NCBI GenBank assembly: GCA_027593235.1
Contig: JAQCIU010000032.1
Span: 1-33,211, forward strand
Direction: 5' to 3'
Length of the DNA stretch: 33,211 nucleotides
Source of the DNA: Chloroflexota bacterium
GTDB lineage: Bacteria; Chloroflexota; Dehalococcoidia; UBA2979
A model generated the notes under the pieces. It made no database searches. It was not told the DNA's origin and saw nothing but the letters and a program-made list of their open reading frames with translations. Shown piece by piece: positions 17,374 through 26,189 of this stretch. How positions within the stretch are numbered: position 1 is the stretch's first letter; each line of letters opens with the position of its first letter. Position numbers and translations under genes: made by a program.

Positions 17374-18432
17374 ATGACACGCATCCTCGCGCTCGCCACC
17401 GCGCTCCTGCTCGCACTCCTCGTCGCCGCCTGCGGCTCCGACGCGGATCCCACAGCCACCCCGGCCCCCACCGTCGCACCAACCACCGAGGCCACTGCCG
17501 CCGCCACCAGCGCGGAGACCGCCGCCGCCTCCGCGACAGCGGCCACCGCGGCCCTCAGCTTCATCGACGATCGCATCGTCACCTTTGAACCCGGCGCGGA
17601 ACCGCGCATCGTCGCCGAAGCCAGCGTCGCCGCTGCGCTCCTCGAGTACGGCGTCACGCTCACCGGCGTCTTCGGCCAACTCGAAGACGCCGCCGGCAAC
17701 CCCTACGGCGGCGCGGACTTCAGCGGCATCGCCTCCGTTGGTGGCGCCGCCTACGGCGAAATCAACCTCGAGGCCCTCACCGAACTCGATCCGGACGTCA
17801 TCGTCACCATCGCCTGGGGCCCGGACAGCGTCTGGTGGATCAACGACGACATCGTCGACGAGGTCACCGCCATCGCGCCGCTCCTCATCGTCGCCGTCAG
17901 CGACGGCACCGCCGGCATCCCCGCGCCCCGGATCATCGCCCGCTTCGACGAACTCTCACTCGTCCTCGGCGGTACCGGCGCACCCGCCGCATCCAGGGCC
18001 CGCTACGAGGCCGCGGAAGCCGCCGTGGTCGCCGCCGCCGCGGCGCACCCGGACATCACCTTGATGTTCGCCTCCGCCGGAACCGACACCTTCTACGTCG
18101 CCGATCCGCCCGCTTGGCCGGACCTCTCTTACTACGTCGAACTCGGCGTCACCGTCCTCCGCACCGAAACCACCGAAGGCGGGTTCTGGGAGTACCTCAG
18201 CCTCGAATCAATCGACAAGTACGACGTCGACTACGTCCTGCTCGACGATCGCGATCCCGAACAGCGCGCACGCCTCGACGCCGATGTCCCGCTCTGGCCG
18301 ACGCTCCCCGCCGTCCAGGCCGATCAGGTCACGCTCTGGCCCATCGCCGGCCGCGTCTACACCTACGACGGCATTGCCGTCGTCCTCGACAAGATCGCCG
18401 CGGTGATCGAAGGCGCCACGGACGTCAGCTAG
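17374..18432 (+). CDS. iron-siderophore ABC substrate-binding lipoprotein
   Basis: Lipobox LVAAC; EPRIVA, INLEALTELDPDVIV, LSLESI, WPTLPAVQADQV; AAAGGA RBS. Confidence 0.9.
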   Translation: MTRILALATALLLALLVAACGSDADPTATPAPTVAPTTEATAAATSAETAAASATAATAALSFIDDRIVTFEPGAEPRIVAEASVAAALLEYGVTLTGVFGQLEDAAGNPYGGADFSGIASVGGAAYGEINLEALTELDPDVIVTIAWGPDSVWWINDDIVDEVTAIAPLLIVAVSDGTAGIPAPRIIARFDELSLVLGGTGAPAASRARYEAAEAAVVAAAAAHPDITLMFASAGTDTFYVADPPAWPDLSYYVELGVTVLRTETTEGGFWEYLSLESIDKYDVDYVLLDDRDPEQRARLDADVPLWPTLPAVQADQVTLWPIAGRVYTYDGIAVVLDKIAAVIEGATDVS

Positions 18433-18440
18433 CGACAGAC

Positions 18441-18540
18441 CGTGCGAGGGCTACGGAGAGCCCACCTCCCGCCCTCGCGCGTACCGGTCGGCGGTGTCGG
18501 TCACCTGGAATTGCCTCCCATGGTCGACCGCCACCGCCGA
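18441..18540 (+). other. two consecutive stem-loops between the substrate-binding protein and SIP genes
   Basis: 18441-18451 pairs with 18471-18481 (11 bp, one G-U); 18488-18502 pairs with 18526-18540 (15 bp, one mismatch); no U-tract. Confidence 0.55.
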
Positions 18541-18566
18541 TCGTCAGCACCCGAACGGAGCCACCA

Positions 18567-19439
18567 ATGCCCCCACCCCCCGAGGAACGCCCCACCACGG
18601 AAGGCACTACCGAGGACAACGCCACCGCGACCCAAACCACCGAGGATCCGTCGCCAGACGGCTCCCCTGTCCGCGCCCCGCTCCACACCGCCACCTTCGT
18701 GACCGCCGTCGCCGCCGTTCGCCCGATCGGCCACCCCTTCCTCCGCATCACGTTCCGAGGTGGTGACCTCCACGCCTTCCGCTCCGTCGGCCCAGATCAG
18801 TTCGTCTACCTGCTGCTCCCCCCGCCCGGTCACGACGCCCTCACCATCGACGGCAAATTCGGCTGGGACGACTACCGCGCCATGCCGGAAGCACAGCGAC
18901 CCGTCGGCGCCTACTACACCGTCCGCGCCCACCGCCCCGCCCTCACCGAGATCGATATCGACGTCCTCCTCCACGACCCGCCCGGCATCGCCTCAATCTG
19001 GGCCGTCAACGCCCGCCCCGGCGCTCCCGCCGCGCTCTGGGGCCCCCGCACCGCCTACGCGCCCCCCAAGGGCACGCGCCACCAACTCCTGCTCGGCGAC
19101 GAGACCGCGCTCCCCGCGATCGCCGCCATCCTCGAAGCCCTCGCGCCGGACGCCACCGCCACCGTCCTCCTCGCGCTCCACCGCGACACCGTCATCGACC
19201 TCCCGCCGCACCCCGCCGCGAAGGTGATCCGGATCGACCACGACTCGACCGCCGGCCCGCCCTCGGCACTCGTCGCCGCCGTGCGCGCGCGCCAGCCTGC
19301 CATCGACGGCCTCTACGTCTGGGGCGGTGGTGAATTCGAAACGATGGCCGCGATCCGCCGCCATCTCCGCGAAGAGCGCGGCCTCCCCGCCCCCCGTGTC
19401 AGCGTCGTCGGCTACTGGCGCAAGACCACCGAGGCCTGA
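18567..19439 (+). CDS. siderophore-interacting protein (ViuB/YqjH family ferric reductase)
   Basis: FLRITFRG, YYTVRAH, IDVLLHD, LLLGDETALPAI, YVWGGGE, VGYWR. Confidence 0.92.
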   Translation: MPPPPEERPTTEGTTEDNATATQTTEDPSPDGSPVRAPLHTATFVTAVAAVRPIGHPFLRITFRGGDLHAFRSVGPDQFVYLLLPPPGHDALTIDGKFGWDDYRAMPEAQRPVGAYYTVRAHRPALTEIDIDVLLHDPPGIASIWAVNARPGAPAALWGPRTAYAPPKGTRHQLLLGDETALPAIAAILEALAPDATATVLLALHRDTVIDLPPHPAAKVIRIDHDSTAGPPSALVAAVRARQPAIDGLYVWGGGEFETMAAIRRHLREERGLPAPRVSVVGYWRKTTEA

Positions 19440-19473
19440 CCGCCCGCCGCCGCACTCCGAGGTAAGCGTCCCC

Positions 19474-19486
19474 TCCGAGGCCCAAC
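19474..19486 (+). repeat. TCCGAGGCCCAAC post-stop motif
   Basis: Exact 13-mer shared with 7722 and 28015; extra CTCCGAGG at 19455-19462. Confidence 0.6.
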
Positions 19487-19544
19487 GATCCAGCCGCGGA
19501 CTACCCGGCTCCGGACCCCGGCGCGCGCACTACCGACGCTCGAA

Positions 19545-22001
19545 CTACCGTGCCGCGATCGGCACCGTCCCGATCACGTCGTCGCGCTCCAAGGCTGCCA
19601 ACTCCGCGTCGCTCATCCCCAGCCGCTCGCGCAGAACCTCGTTGGTGTGCTCGCCCAGCATCGGCGCACGCCGGTCCGGCGGTGGCGGCGCGAACCGGAA
19701 CTGGTACGGCTGCGTCGGGTAATGCTTCACCCCCACGCCCGGCCGGTCCGCCGCGCGCAACCCACCCCGCGCCGCGAGCTGCGGATCATCGAGGATCTCC
19801 GGCCCCGTCAGCACCGCACCCGCCGCCACGCCCGCCGCCTGCAGCGCGTCCATCAGCTCGATGTGCCCGCGCCCGCGCGTCCACCCCGCAATCGCCACAT
19901 CGAGGGCGCCACGCTCGTCGAGGCGCCCCACCGCCGTCGCCCACCGCGCCCCCGCCGAGGCCCATTCCGCGCGTCCGATCAGCCCCGCCAGCGTCGCCCA
20001 CTGCCCATCGTCCTGGCAGTCGATCGCGATCCACCCGTCGTCGCGACACGGATAGATCCCGTGCGGCGCGTGCGTCGGATGCGCGTTCCCCGTCCGTCCC
20101 GGATCCTGCCCGGCCAACGTCCACCCGGTCACCGCGTCGCCAACGAACAGCGTGCACGCCTCCACCTGACTGAGGTCGATGTGCTGCCCCTCGCCGCTCT
20201 CGGCGCGGTGATGCAGCGCGGAGAACAACACCGTCGCCGCGATCACCCCCACGAACGGATCGCCGCCGTTCATCGCCGTGAAGATCGGCTGCTCCCCCGC
20301 GTACCCCGTCAGGTGGCTGATCCCCGCCATCTGCTCCGTCGACATCCCGAACGCCACGTAGTCACGCCACGACACATCCGCGCCAAACCCCGGCATCGAC
20401 ATCATGATCAACCGCGGATTGATCGCCCGCAGCGTCTCGTAGTCCAGCCCGAAGTTCCCCATCACCCGCGGCGTGTAGTTCTCGATCAGCACGTCCGCGT
20501 CCGCGACCAGTCGCTTGAGGATCTCCGTGCCGCGTGGGTCGGTCAGGTTCAGCGTGATCCCACGCTTGCTCCGGTTCACCCAGTTGAAGTTCGGCGAACA
20601 CTCCCACGGACGCTCCGCGCCCGCCGCATTCGAGGCCCGCCATCCATCGATCCGCTGAACCGACTCCACCTTGATCACGTCCGCCCCCGCGTCCCCCGCG
20701 ATCTGCATCGCAAGCGGCCCGGAGAAGAACATCGACAAATCGAGGATCCGCAACCCTTCGAGGGGCGCCGTCACCGCAGCCGGCGGCGCATCCGAGGTTC
20801 CCGCGCCGCCCGGCCCAGCGACGCCCGTCACCGCGACCGCCGCTTCCGAGGCAGCCGCACCCTCGAGTTCACGCGCCACCTCGTCGTTGTGCTCCCCCAG
20901 CAACGGCGGTCGGAACGGCCGCGCCGCGGTCGCCGTCGACTTGAACGGCACCCCCGGCACCGCCACCGTCCCCGCCTGCGGGTGTTCCAGCTCCACGAAG
21001 AACCCGCGCTCGCGGTGCGGGGCCAGCTCCGGAATCTCCGCCATGCTCGGCACCAACCCGAACGGCACGCGCCACGCCTCCCCCTCGTGGAAGACCTCGG
21101 CCGCGCTCCGCTCCTTCAACGCATCCGCGAAAATCGCCCCGATCTCCGCCGCGTGCTCCCGACGCTTCAGCCCCTCATAGCGAGGATCCGTCACGATCTC
21201 CGGGTGCCCCAGGAACCCGCACAGCAACTCCCACTGGGCCGCCGTCAGCACGTTCACGCCGATGTACCCATCCTTCGCCGGCAGGATGTACGACGGCCCC
21301 GGCCCGAACTGCGAGTTCCGCGCCTGGATATCCCCGCTGTACTCGTAGCGCAGCGACGGGAACAGCGCGCCCGCAAGCGTCGCCTGCTGCGCGCTCACGT
21401 CGATGTGCTCCCCCTGCCCGTGCGCGCGTCTTCCGAGGACCGCCAGCAACGTCGCCGCCGCCGCGAACGCCCCCGTCAGCGTCTCCGTGATCGCCCCGCC
21501 CGCCTGCAGCGGCTCGCGATCCGGAAGCCCGCACGTCCGCGCCCAGCCCCCCGTCGCGCACGCCACCAGGTGCGACCACGCCCACCCCGCATGCGGTCCC
21601 TCCGACCCGAACCCGCTCACCGTCGTCAGGATCACCCGCGGATTCCACGCCCGAAGCTGCTCGAAGCCAATCCCGCGCGCCGCCAGCTCCCCCTCGGTCT
21701 CGCCCGCGATCACCACGTCGTACCGCCGCACCAACCGCTCGAGGAACCCACGCCCCTCCGCCGTCGCCGGATCGAGCGTCACCCCACGTTTGCTCGTGTT
21801 GAAGTAAAAGAACGCCGCACTGCGCTCCGGATCCGCGGCCCCGCCAGGAAACGGCCCCAGCGCCCGCGATGAGTCCCCGCCATCGAGCGACTCCACCTTC
21901 ACCACATCCGCCCCGAGGTCCCCCAGCAACTTCGCGCAAAACGGCCCGGCCACCCCCTCCGAGACATCAAGCACCCGCAACCCAACCAGCGGTCCAGCCA
22001 T
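19545..22001 (-). CDS. class III CoA-transferase (CaiB/BaiF family), two fused domains
   Basis: PLVGLRVLD...DLGADVVKVE and PLEGLRILD...DAGADVIKVE; N(T/R)SKRG(V/I)TL in both halves; ENYTPRVM. Confidence 0.93.
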   Translation of the reverse strand: MAGPLVGLRVLDVSEGVAGPFCAKLLGDLGADVVKVESLDGGDSSRALGPFPGGAADPERSAAFFYFNTSKRGVTLDPATAEGRGFLERLVRRYDVVIAGETEGELAARGIGFEQLRAWNPRVILTTVSGFGSEGPHAGWAWSHLVACATGGWARTCGLPDREPLQAGGAITETLTGAFAAAATLLAVLGRRAHGQGEHIDVSAQQATLAGALFPSLRYEYSGDIQARNSQFGPGPSYILPAKDGYIGVNVLTAAQWELLCGFLGHPEIVTDPRYEGLKRREHAAEIGAIFADALKERSAAEVFHEGEAWRVPFGLVPSMAEIPELAPHRERGFFVELEHPQAGTVAVPGVPFKSTATAARPFRPPLLGEHNDEVARELEGAAASEAAVAVTGVAGPGGAGTSDAPPAAVTAPLEGLRILDLSMFFSGPLAMQIAGDAGADVIKVESVQRIDGWRASNAAGAERPWECSPNFNWVNRSKRGITLNLTDPRGTEILKRLVADADVLIENYTPRVMGNFGLDYETLRAINPRLIMMSMPGFGADVSWRDYVAFGMSTEQMAGISHLTGYAGEQPIFTAMNGGDPFVGVIAATVLFSALHHRAESGEGQHIDLSQVEACTLFVGDAVTGWTLAGQDPGRTGNAHPTHAPHGIYPCRDDGWIAIDCQDDGQWATLAGLIGRAEWASAGARWATAVGRLDERGALDVAIAGWTRGRGHIELMDALQAAGVAAGAVLTGPEILDDPQLAARGGLRAADRPGVGVKHYPTQPYQFRFAPPPPDRRAPMLGEHTNEVLRERLGMSDAELAALERDDVIGTVPIAAR

Positions 22002-22070
22002 CGCACCCTCCCGATCGCCGCTATACTACGCCGCCACCTCAGCCAGTCATGCGCGCCCGCGAACGATCAA

Positions 22071-22107
22071 CCGAAGGCGCAAAGCGTCATCAAGCGCCGA
22101 AGGCGCT
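22071..22107 (+). repeat. twin GAA-hairpin element, copy C
   Basis: CGC-AAA-GCG TCATCAA GCGCC-GAA-GGCGC (22078-22106), overlapping the ADH stop; partial tandem copy at 22058-22080. Confidence 0.85.
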
Positions 22108-23176
22108 AGGGCTGGATTGAGACCTTGATCGCGCCGCTCGCCTTGTCCGCCGCCAGCGCGTAGCCACTGGCAGCCTCGTCCAGCGGGACGCGATGCGTAA
22201 TCAGCGTGCCCAGCACGTCGCGATGCTCGTCTAACAAGCGGGTCGTGATCTCGTAGTCATGCTGCATGCCGATGTAGCCATAGAACACAGTCGCCGCGAG
22301 CCGAAGCTGCTTCGTCAGGATCACCTGCGCCGGCAACGTCACCTGCCGCGCCGGAACGCCAAGCAGCAGCACACGCCCACCGCGGCGCACCACCCGGGTC
22401 GCCACCGCCGGCGTCTCAGCCGCGCCACCGACCGTCTCCATCACCAGATCCACCGGGTGCTCGTGCGCCCACGCGCGGAGCGCATCCTCATTCCCGCCGT
22501 CCGCCTCGAACGTGTGCGCCGCTCCCAGGCGGAGGGCGGCAGCGCGTTGCTGCGGGTAGCGGTACGTCACCGCAACCTCGGCCCCCGACTGTGCGGCGTA
22601 GAACACAGACATCAGCCCGATCGGACCGGCCCCCAGCACCACGACGCGCTCGCCTGCGGTCGGCCGCGTGGCATCGAGCTGCGCCGCGACCCGGTACCCA
22701 TGCACCGCGACCGCCAGCGGTTCGGCCAGCGCCGCGATCGAGAAATCGAGGTCATCCGCCACCGGAAACAAATTGGCGGCCGGGACGACCAGGTACTCAC
22801 TGCAACCGCCGGGCGATGCCTCGCCAATCAACCCCGGGGTGTCCTGACAGAGTTCGGTCTTGCCGGCGCGGCACTCCGTGCACACGCCACAGAACGGACG
22901 CGGCTGCAGCGCGACCCGCTGCCCTGCGGTCAACCCGCGAACCCCTGCTCCGAGGCCAGCGACCTCGCCGGCCACCTCATGCCCCGGCGTCCGCCCCGCC
23001 CGCCAACCACCTTCCGGCGACAGCCAGCGCGACTCGTCGCGGTACGAGTGCAGATCCGACCCGCATATCCCCGAGGCGCGCACGCGGAGCAGCACCTCGC
23101 CCGGCCCGGGCGGATCCGCCTCGTACTCCTCGATCACCCAGCGGCCAGGGTCGTCAGTAGTCACAGCTCGGCGCAC
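22106..23176 (-). CDS. zinc-binding alcohol dehydrogenase (MDR family)
   Basis: GICGSDLH, GHE, CGVCTECRAGKTELC, GAGPIG; GGAGG RBS before GTG 23176. Confidence 0.93.
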   Translation of the reverse strand: MRRAVTTDDPGRWVIEEYEADPPGPGEVLLRVRASGICGSDLHSYRDESRWLSPEGGWRAGRTPGHEVAGEVAGLGAGVRGLTAGQRVALQPRPFCGVCTECRAGKTELCQDTPGLIGEASPGGCSEYLVVPAANLFPVADDLDFSIAALAEPLAVAVHGYRVAAQLDATRPTAGERVVVLGAGPIGLMSVFYAAQSGAEVAVTYRYPQQRAAALRLGAAHTFEADGGNEDALRAWAHEHPVDLVMETVGGAAETPAVATRVVRRGGRVLLLGVPARQVTLPAQVILTKQLRLAATVFYGYIGMQHDYEITTRLLDEHRDVLGTLITHRVPLDEAASGYALAADKASGAIKVSIQP

Positions 23177-23303
23177 GGGACCTCCAGCGCAAGCGATCGA
23201 GGTAGGCGCGGAGTCTAACGATCCGCGACACGTACATGGTCCCCTCCGCCGCACCCCGCCCCGCCCCGCCGCACTCCGCCCACCACCAGCCGGCGCGCCA
23301 ACG

Positions 23304-23335
23304 AGGCGCGAAGCGTCATCAAGCCCCGAAGGGGC
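23304..23335 (+). repeat. twin GAA-hairpin element, copy D
   Basis: CGC-GAA-GCG TCATCAA GCCCC-GAA-GGGGC, 1 bp from the MFS stop at 23337. Confidence 0.85.
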
Positions 23336-23336
23336 C

Positions 23337-24575
23337 TTAGCGACGGCCGCCAGCGAGGCGCACTGCTTCGGGACGCCGCCGCAACGCCAGCATCGAGGTC
23401 ACGCCGAACACCGGCCCCAACGCGAGGATCGCGAACGCGACGCCCCAGCCAAAGTGATCCTCGACAATCGGCACCCCGCGAATCGTCACGGCGGTGAGCA
23501 GGAACCCGCTGCCTGTCTGGAACGCCAGCGCGGAGCCGCGGTAACGCTCGTCCGCCAGCTCCGTCATCGCCGCCGAGAACTGCGCCGAGTCCGCCACCAC
23601 CGTCGCCGCCCAGATCGCCGCCAGCACCGTCACGAGGACAATCGCCGTCTCCGGCACAAACCCGATCACCAGCGCCGTCGCCCCGCTCGCCACCATCGCC
23701 GCGCTCGTGATCGCCGTCCGTCCGTACCTCTCCGACAACGCCCCCGCCACCACGCAACTCGCCGCCCCAAGGCCAAACACCCCGAACGACACCAGGCTGC
23801 CCGCCCCCAGCCCGAACACGTCGCCAACGTCCGCGTAGGCCAGCGCCAGGAACACCGGCAGCCACGCCCACATCGCGTACAGCTCCCACATGTGGCCGAG
23901 GTACCCGCCCAGCGCCAGCATCGGCGCGCGACCGCTGATGCCCGCCCAGAACTCCGTCGGTCGTACCACCGCTGGCGGCGAGCGGAATGGCCCGTCGCGC
24001 ACCGCCCACCACATCACCACCGCCCCCAGCAGCGTGAATGCGCTCGCCCCCGCCATCGCCAGTTGCCAGTCGCTTGCGAGAACCGCCCGCAGCAGGTGCG
24101 GCGACCCGGACCCGAGCGTCAGCGCCCCCACCACGATCCCGAGGGCCAACCCGCGCCCCTGCCGGTACCACCCCGAAATGACATGCATCGCCGGCGGGTA
24201 CACACCGCCGAGGAAGAAGCCCGTCGCAAACCGCGCCAGCAGCCAGATCGCCAGCGAATCCGACCCAATCGGCGCCAGATTCGCCCCCGCCGCCAGCACC
24301 GCCGCGAGGGCAAACAATCGCCGCTCGTGCATCCGCTCGGCCATGTTCCCCAGCGCCGAGGTCAGCGTTCCCGCCACGAACCCGAACTGCACCGCGATCG
24401 TCAGCCAGGCAACGTCACCGTCGCCAAACCCCAGCTCCTCGCCGAGTGCGTCCGCCACCGCATTCGTCGAGAACCACACCGACAACCCGCCCAGCGTCGC
24501 CAGCGCCACGAACGCCAGCACCCGCCGCCGCTCGCGCAAATCGAGCCCACTCGCAACATCCGAGGTCTGCGTCAT
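23337..24575 (-). CDS. MFS transporter
   Basis: Multiple hydrophobic segments; RFATGFFLGGVYPP, GYLGHMWELYAMW, GALSERYGRT, VADSAQFSA. Confidence 0.92.
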   Translation of the reverse strand: MTQTSDVASGLDLRERRRVLAFVALATLGGLSVWFSTNAVADALGEELGFGDGDVAWLTIAVQFGFVAGTLTSALGNMAERMHERRLFALAAVLAAGANLAPIGSDSLAIWLLARFATGFFLGGVYPPAMHVISGWYRQGRGLALGIVVGALTLGSGSPHLLRAVLASDWQLAMAGASAFTLLGAVVMWWAVRDGPFRSPPAVVRPTEFWAGISGRAPMLALGGYLGHMWELYAMWAWLPVFLALAYADVGDVFGLGAGSLVSFGVFGLGAASCVVAGALSERYGRTAITSAAMVASGATALVIGFVPETAIVLVTVLAAIWAATVVADSAQFSAAMTELADERYRGSALAFQTGSGFLLTAVTIRGVPIVEDHFGWGVAFAILALGPVFGVTSMLALRRRPEAVRLAGGRR

Positions 24576-24603
24576 CGGGAGAGCCTACGCCGCCGCCTTC
24601 AAC

Positions 24604-24636
24604 AGGCGCGAAGCGTCACCCAAGCGCCGAAGGCGC
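24604..24636 (+). repeat. twin GAA-hairpin element, copy E
   Basis: CGC-GAA-GCG TCACCCAA GCGCC-GAA-GGCGC; contains the methyltransferase stop codon. Confidence 0.85.
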
Positions 24637-25653
24637 ACGGGCCGTCACCATCCCCGCGCCGTCCGTCGCCGCCGCCCGCGTGCCAATCTCCGCCGCCAGC
24701 GCCTCGAACTCCTCGAGGCCAATCGGATCGTTCGAGGTGGCCCGCTCGCGCCCGTACGCCCGCCCGCGCTCGCCGCTGTGCAGCGTCCCCCACACCTCGG
24801 CGAACCCGGCGCCCTCGAGGTCCGCGATCAGCTCCGGCGTCGTCCAGCGCCGCAGCTCCACCGCCAGCGAATCGATCGCGAACGGCGCGAGCCGCGCCAG
24901 TAGCTCGCGTCCGAACCCTTCGTCGAGTCGCGTCTCACCGAGGACGCGCGGCAACTCCGCGGACGCGACCAGCGCCTCACTGAACGCCTCCGCCGCCACT
25001 CCCGAGGCCGGCACCAGCAGCGTGTACCGCCGCTCGATGCTCGGTGCCTGCACGCGACGCGCGTACTGGAATAGCAGCCCGGACGCGCCTTCGAGGAGTG
25101 CGATGCTCTCCAGTTCCGGTTCCGGCAGCTCCCAGCGCTGATACGCGATCCGCAGCACGCCGCCCGGCCGCAGCACCCGCCGCAGCTCACGCATCGCCAC
25201 CGAGGGCTCCGCCGACTCCTCCAGCGAGTACGACGCCGTCACGAGGTCGACCGATTCGTCCGCCAGCGGCACCGCCGTCACGTCCCCCGTCACGAACCGC
25301 GCGTTCGTCACACCGAGGCGGCTCGCATTCTCAAGGCAGACCCGCGTCCGCCTCGGCGCCGGCTCCAGCCCGAGGACGAGCGCGTCCGGCCGCGCTGCCG
25401 CCAGCGGGATCGACGGCCACCCGTCGCCCGGCCCCACATCGAGGACGGTCGCTCCGCCCTCCTCGGGGGCCGGCAGCCACGACGCGAAGTCCGCGATCCG
25501 CGCCGCGTCCGACCAGTGCTCCTCGCGCCGCGGGTCGTATGGCACGTCGACGAACGGAAGCTGCCGGTAGCGCTGAAACGGCAACAGCTCGTAGATCGCC
25601 CGCGCCGAATCCACCCACCGAGGCGGCGCCAGCTCACCCCACGCCCGCTCCAT
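24616..25653 (-). CDS. class I SAM-dependent methyltransferase
   Basis: VLDVGPGDG, FVTGDVTAVPLADESVDLV, ELRRVLRPGGVL; start ATG 25653 or possibly CTG 25689 behind GGAGG. Confidence 0.85.
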   Translation of the reverse strand: MERAWGELAPPRWVDSARAIYELLPFQRYRQLPFVDVPYDPRREEHWSDAARIADFASWLPAPEEGGATVLDVGPGDGWPSIPLAAARPDALVLGLEPAPRRTRVCLENASRLGVTNARFVTGDVTAVPLADESVDLVTASYSLEESAEPSVAMRELRRVLRPGGVLRIAYQRWELPEPELESIALLEGASGLLFQYARRVQAPSIERRYTLLVPASGVAAEAFSEALVASAELPRVLGETRLDEGFGRELLARLAPFAIDSLAVELRRWTTPELIADLEGAGFAEVWGTLHSGERGRAYGRERATSNDPIGLEEFEALAAEIGTRAAATDGAGMVTARAPSALG

Positions 25654-25707
25654 CGCGGTCAGTTCGAGGGCTGCACGTTCGTTGTCCAGCGAAAGCCTCC
25701 GATACGA

Positions 25708-25733
25708 GGAAGGGCGCCTCGCGGCGCCCTTCC
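25708..25733 (-). terminator. hairpin downstream of the MaoC pair (possible terminator, weak U-tract)
   Basis: GGAAGGGCGCC-GCGA-GGCGCCCTTCC on the minus strand; 11-bp stem with GNRA loop. Confidence 0.5.
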
Positions 25734-25756
25734 GGTCAGTCGTCGATGCGAGTCGA

Positions 25757-26179
25757 CTACGGGTCGATGCGCGCCGTGGCGCTCCCGCGGACAACCTCTC
25801 GCCCGTCCTGGTTCGACGTGCTCACCACGAGGTCGACGTACTTCTGGCCGCCTTCGTCGCGAATCGCCTCGACAGCGACGGTCGCCGTCAGCGTGTCGCC
25901 CGGCCACACCTGGTTAACGAAACGGACGCCGTACTTGGTCAGCGTGCCGTCGCCCACGTAGTTCGTGACCGCCATGCCGGTCGCGCCCATCGAAAGCATC
26001 CCGTGCGCGAAGACGGACGGGTACCCGGCCATCTTCGTCGTGAACACCTCGTCCGAGTGCAACGGGTTGTAGTCGCCGGAGGTACCGGCGTACTGCACGA
26101 TCTGCGTCCGTGTCAGGTTGTCTGCGACCACCTCAACGTGCTCATCGCCGACCTTGATCTGGCTTGCCTTGAGTGCCAT
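25757..26179 (-). CDS. MaoC family (R)-enoyl-CoA hydratase/dehydratase, catalytic subunit
   Basis: YAGTSGDYNPLHSD hydratase motif, FAHGML, RFVNQVWPGDTL. Confidence 0.93.
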   Translation of the reverse strand: MALKASQIKVGDEHVEVVADNLTRTQIVQYAGTSGDYNPLHSDEVFTTKMAGYPSVFAHGMLSMGATGMAVTNYVGDGTLTKYGVRFVNQVWPGDTLTATVAVEAIRDEGGQKYVDLVVSTSNQDGREVVRGSATARIDP

Positions 26180-26189
26180 CGCGCTCCCC

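Noticed and set aside
22094-22106. Reading the minus-strand hairpins as cUUCGg RNA tetraloop terminators
   Set aside because: The stems pair fully only with a 3-nt loop (TTC/GAA), and no U-tract follows
2957-24636. Hairpin repeats as a CRISPR array or classical attC sites
   Set aside because: Copies are 1.2-13 kb apart with whole genes between them, there are no cas genes, and they lack RYYYAAC/GTTRRRY boxes and long imperfect dyads
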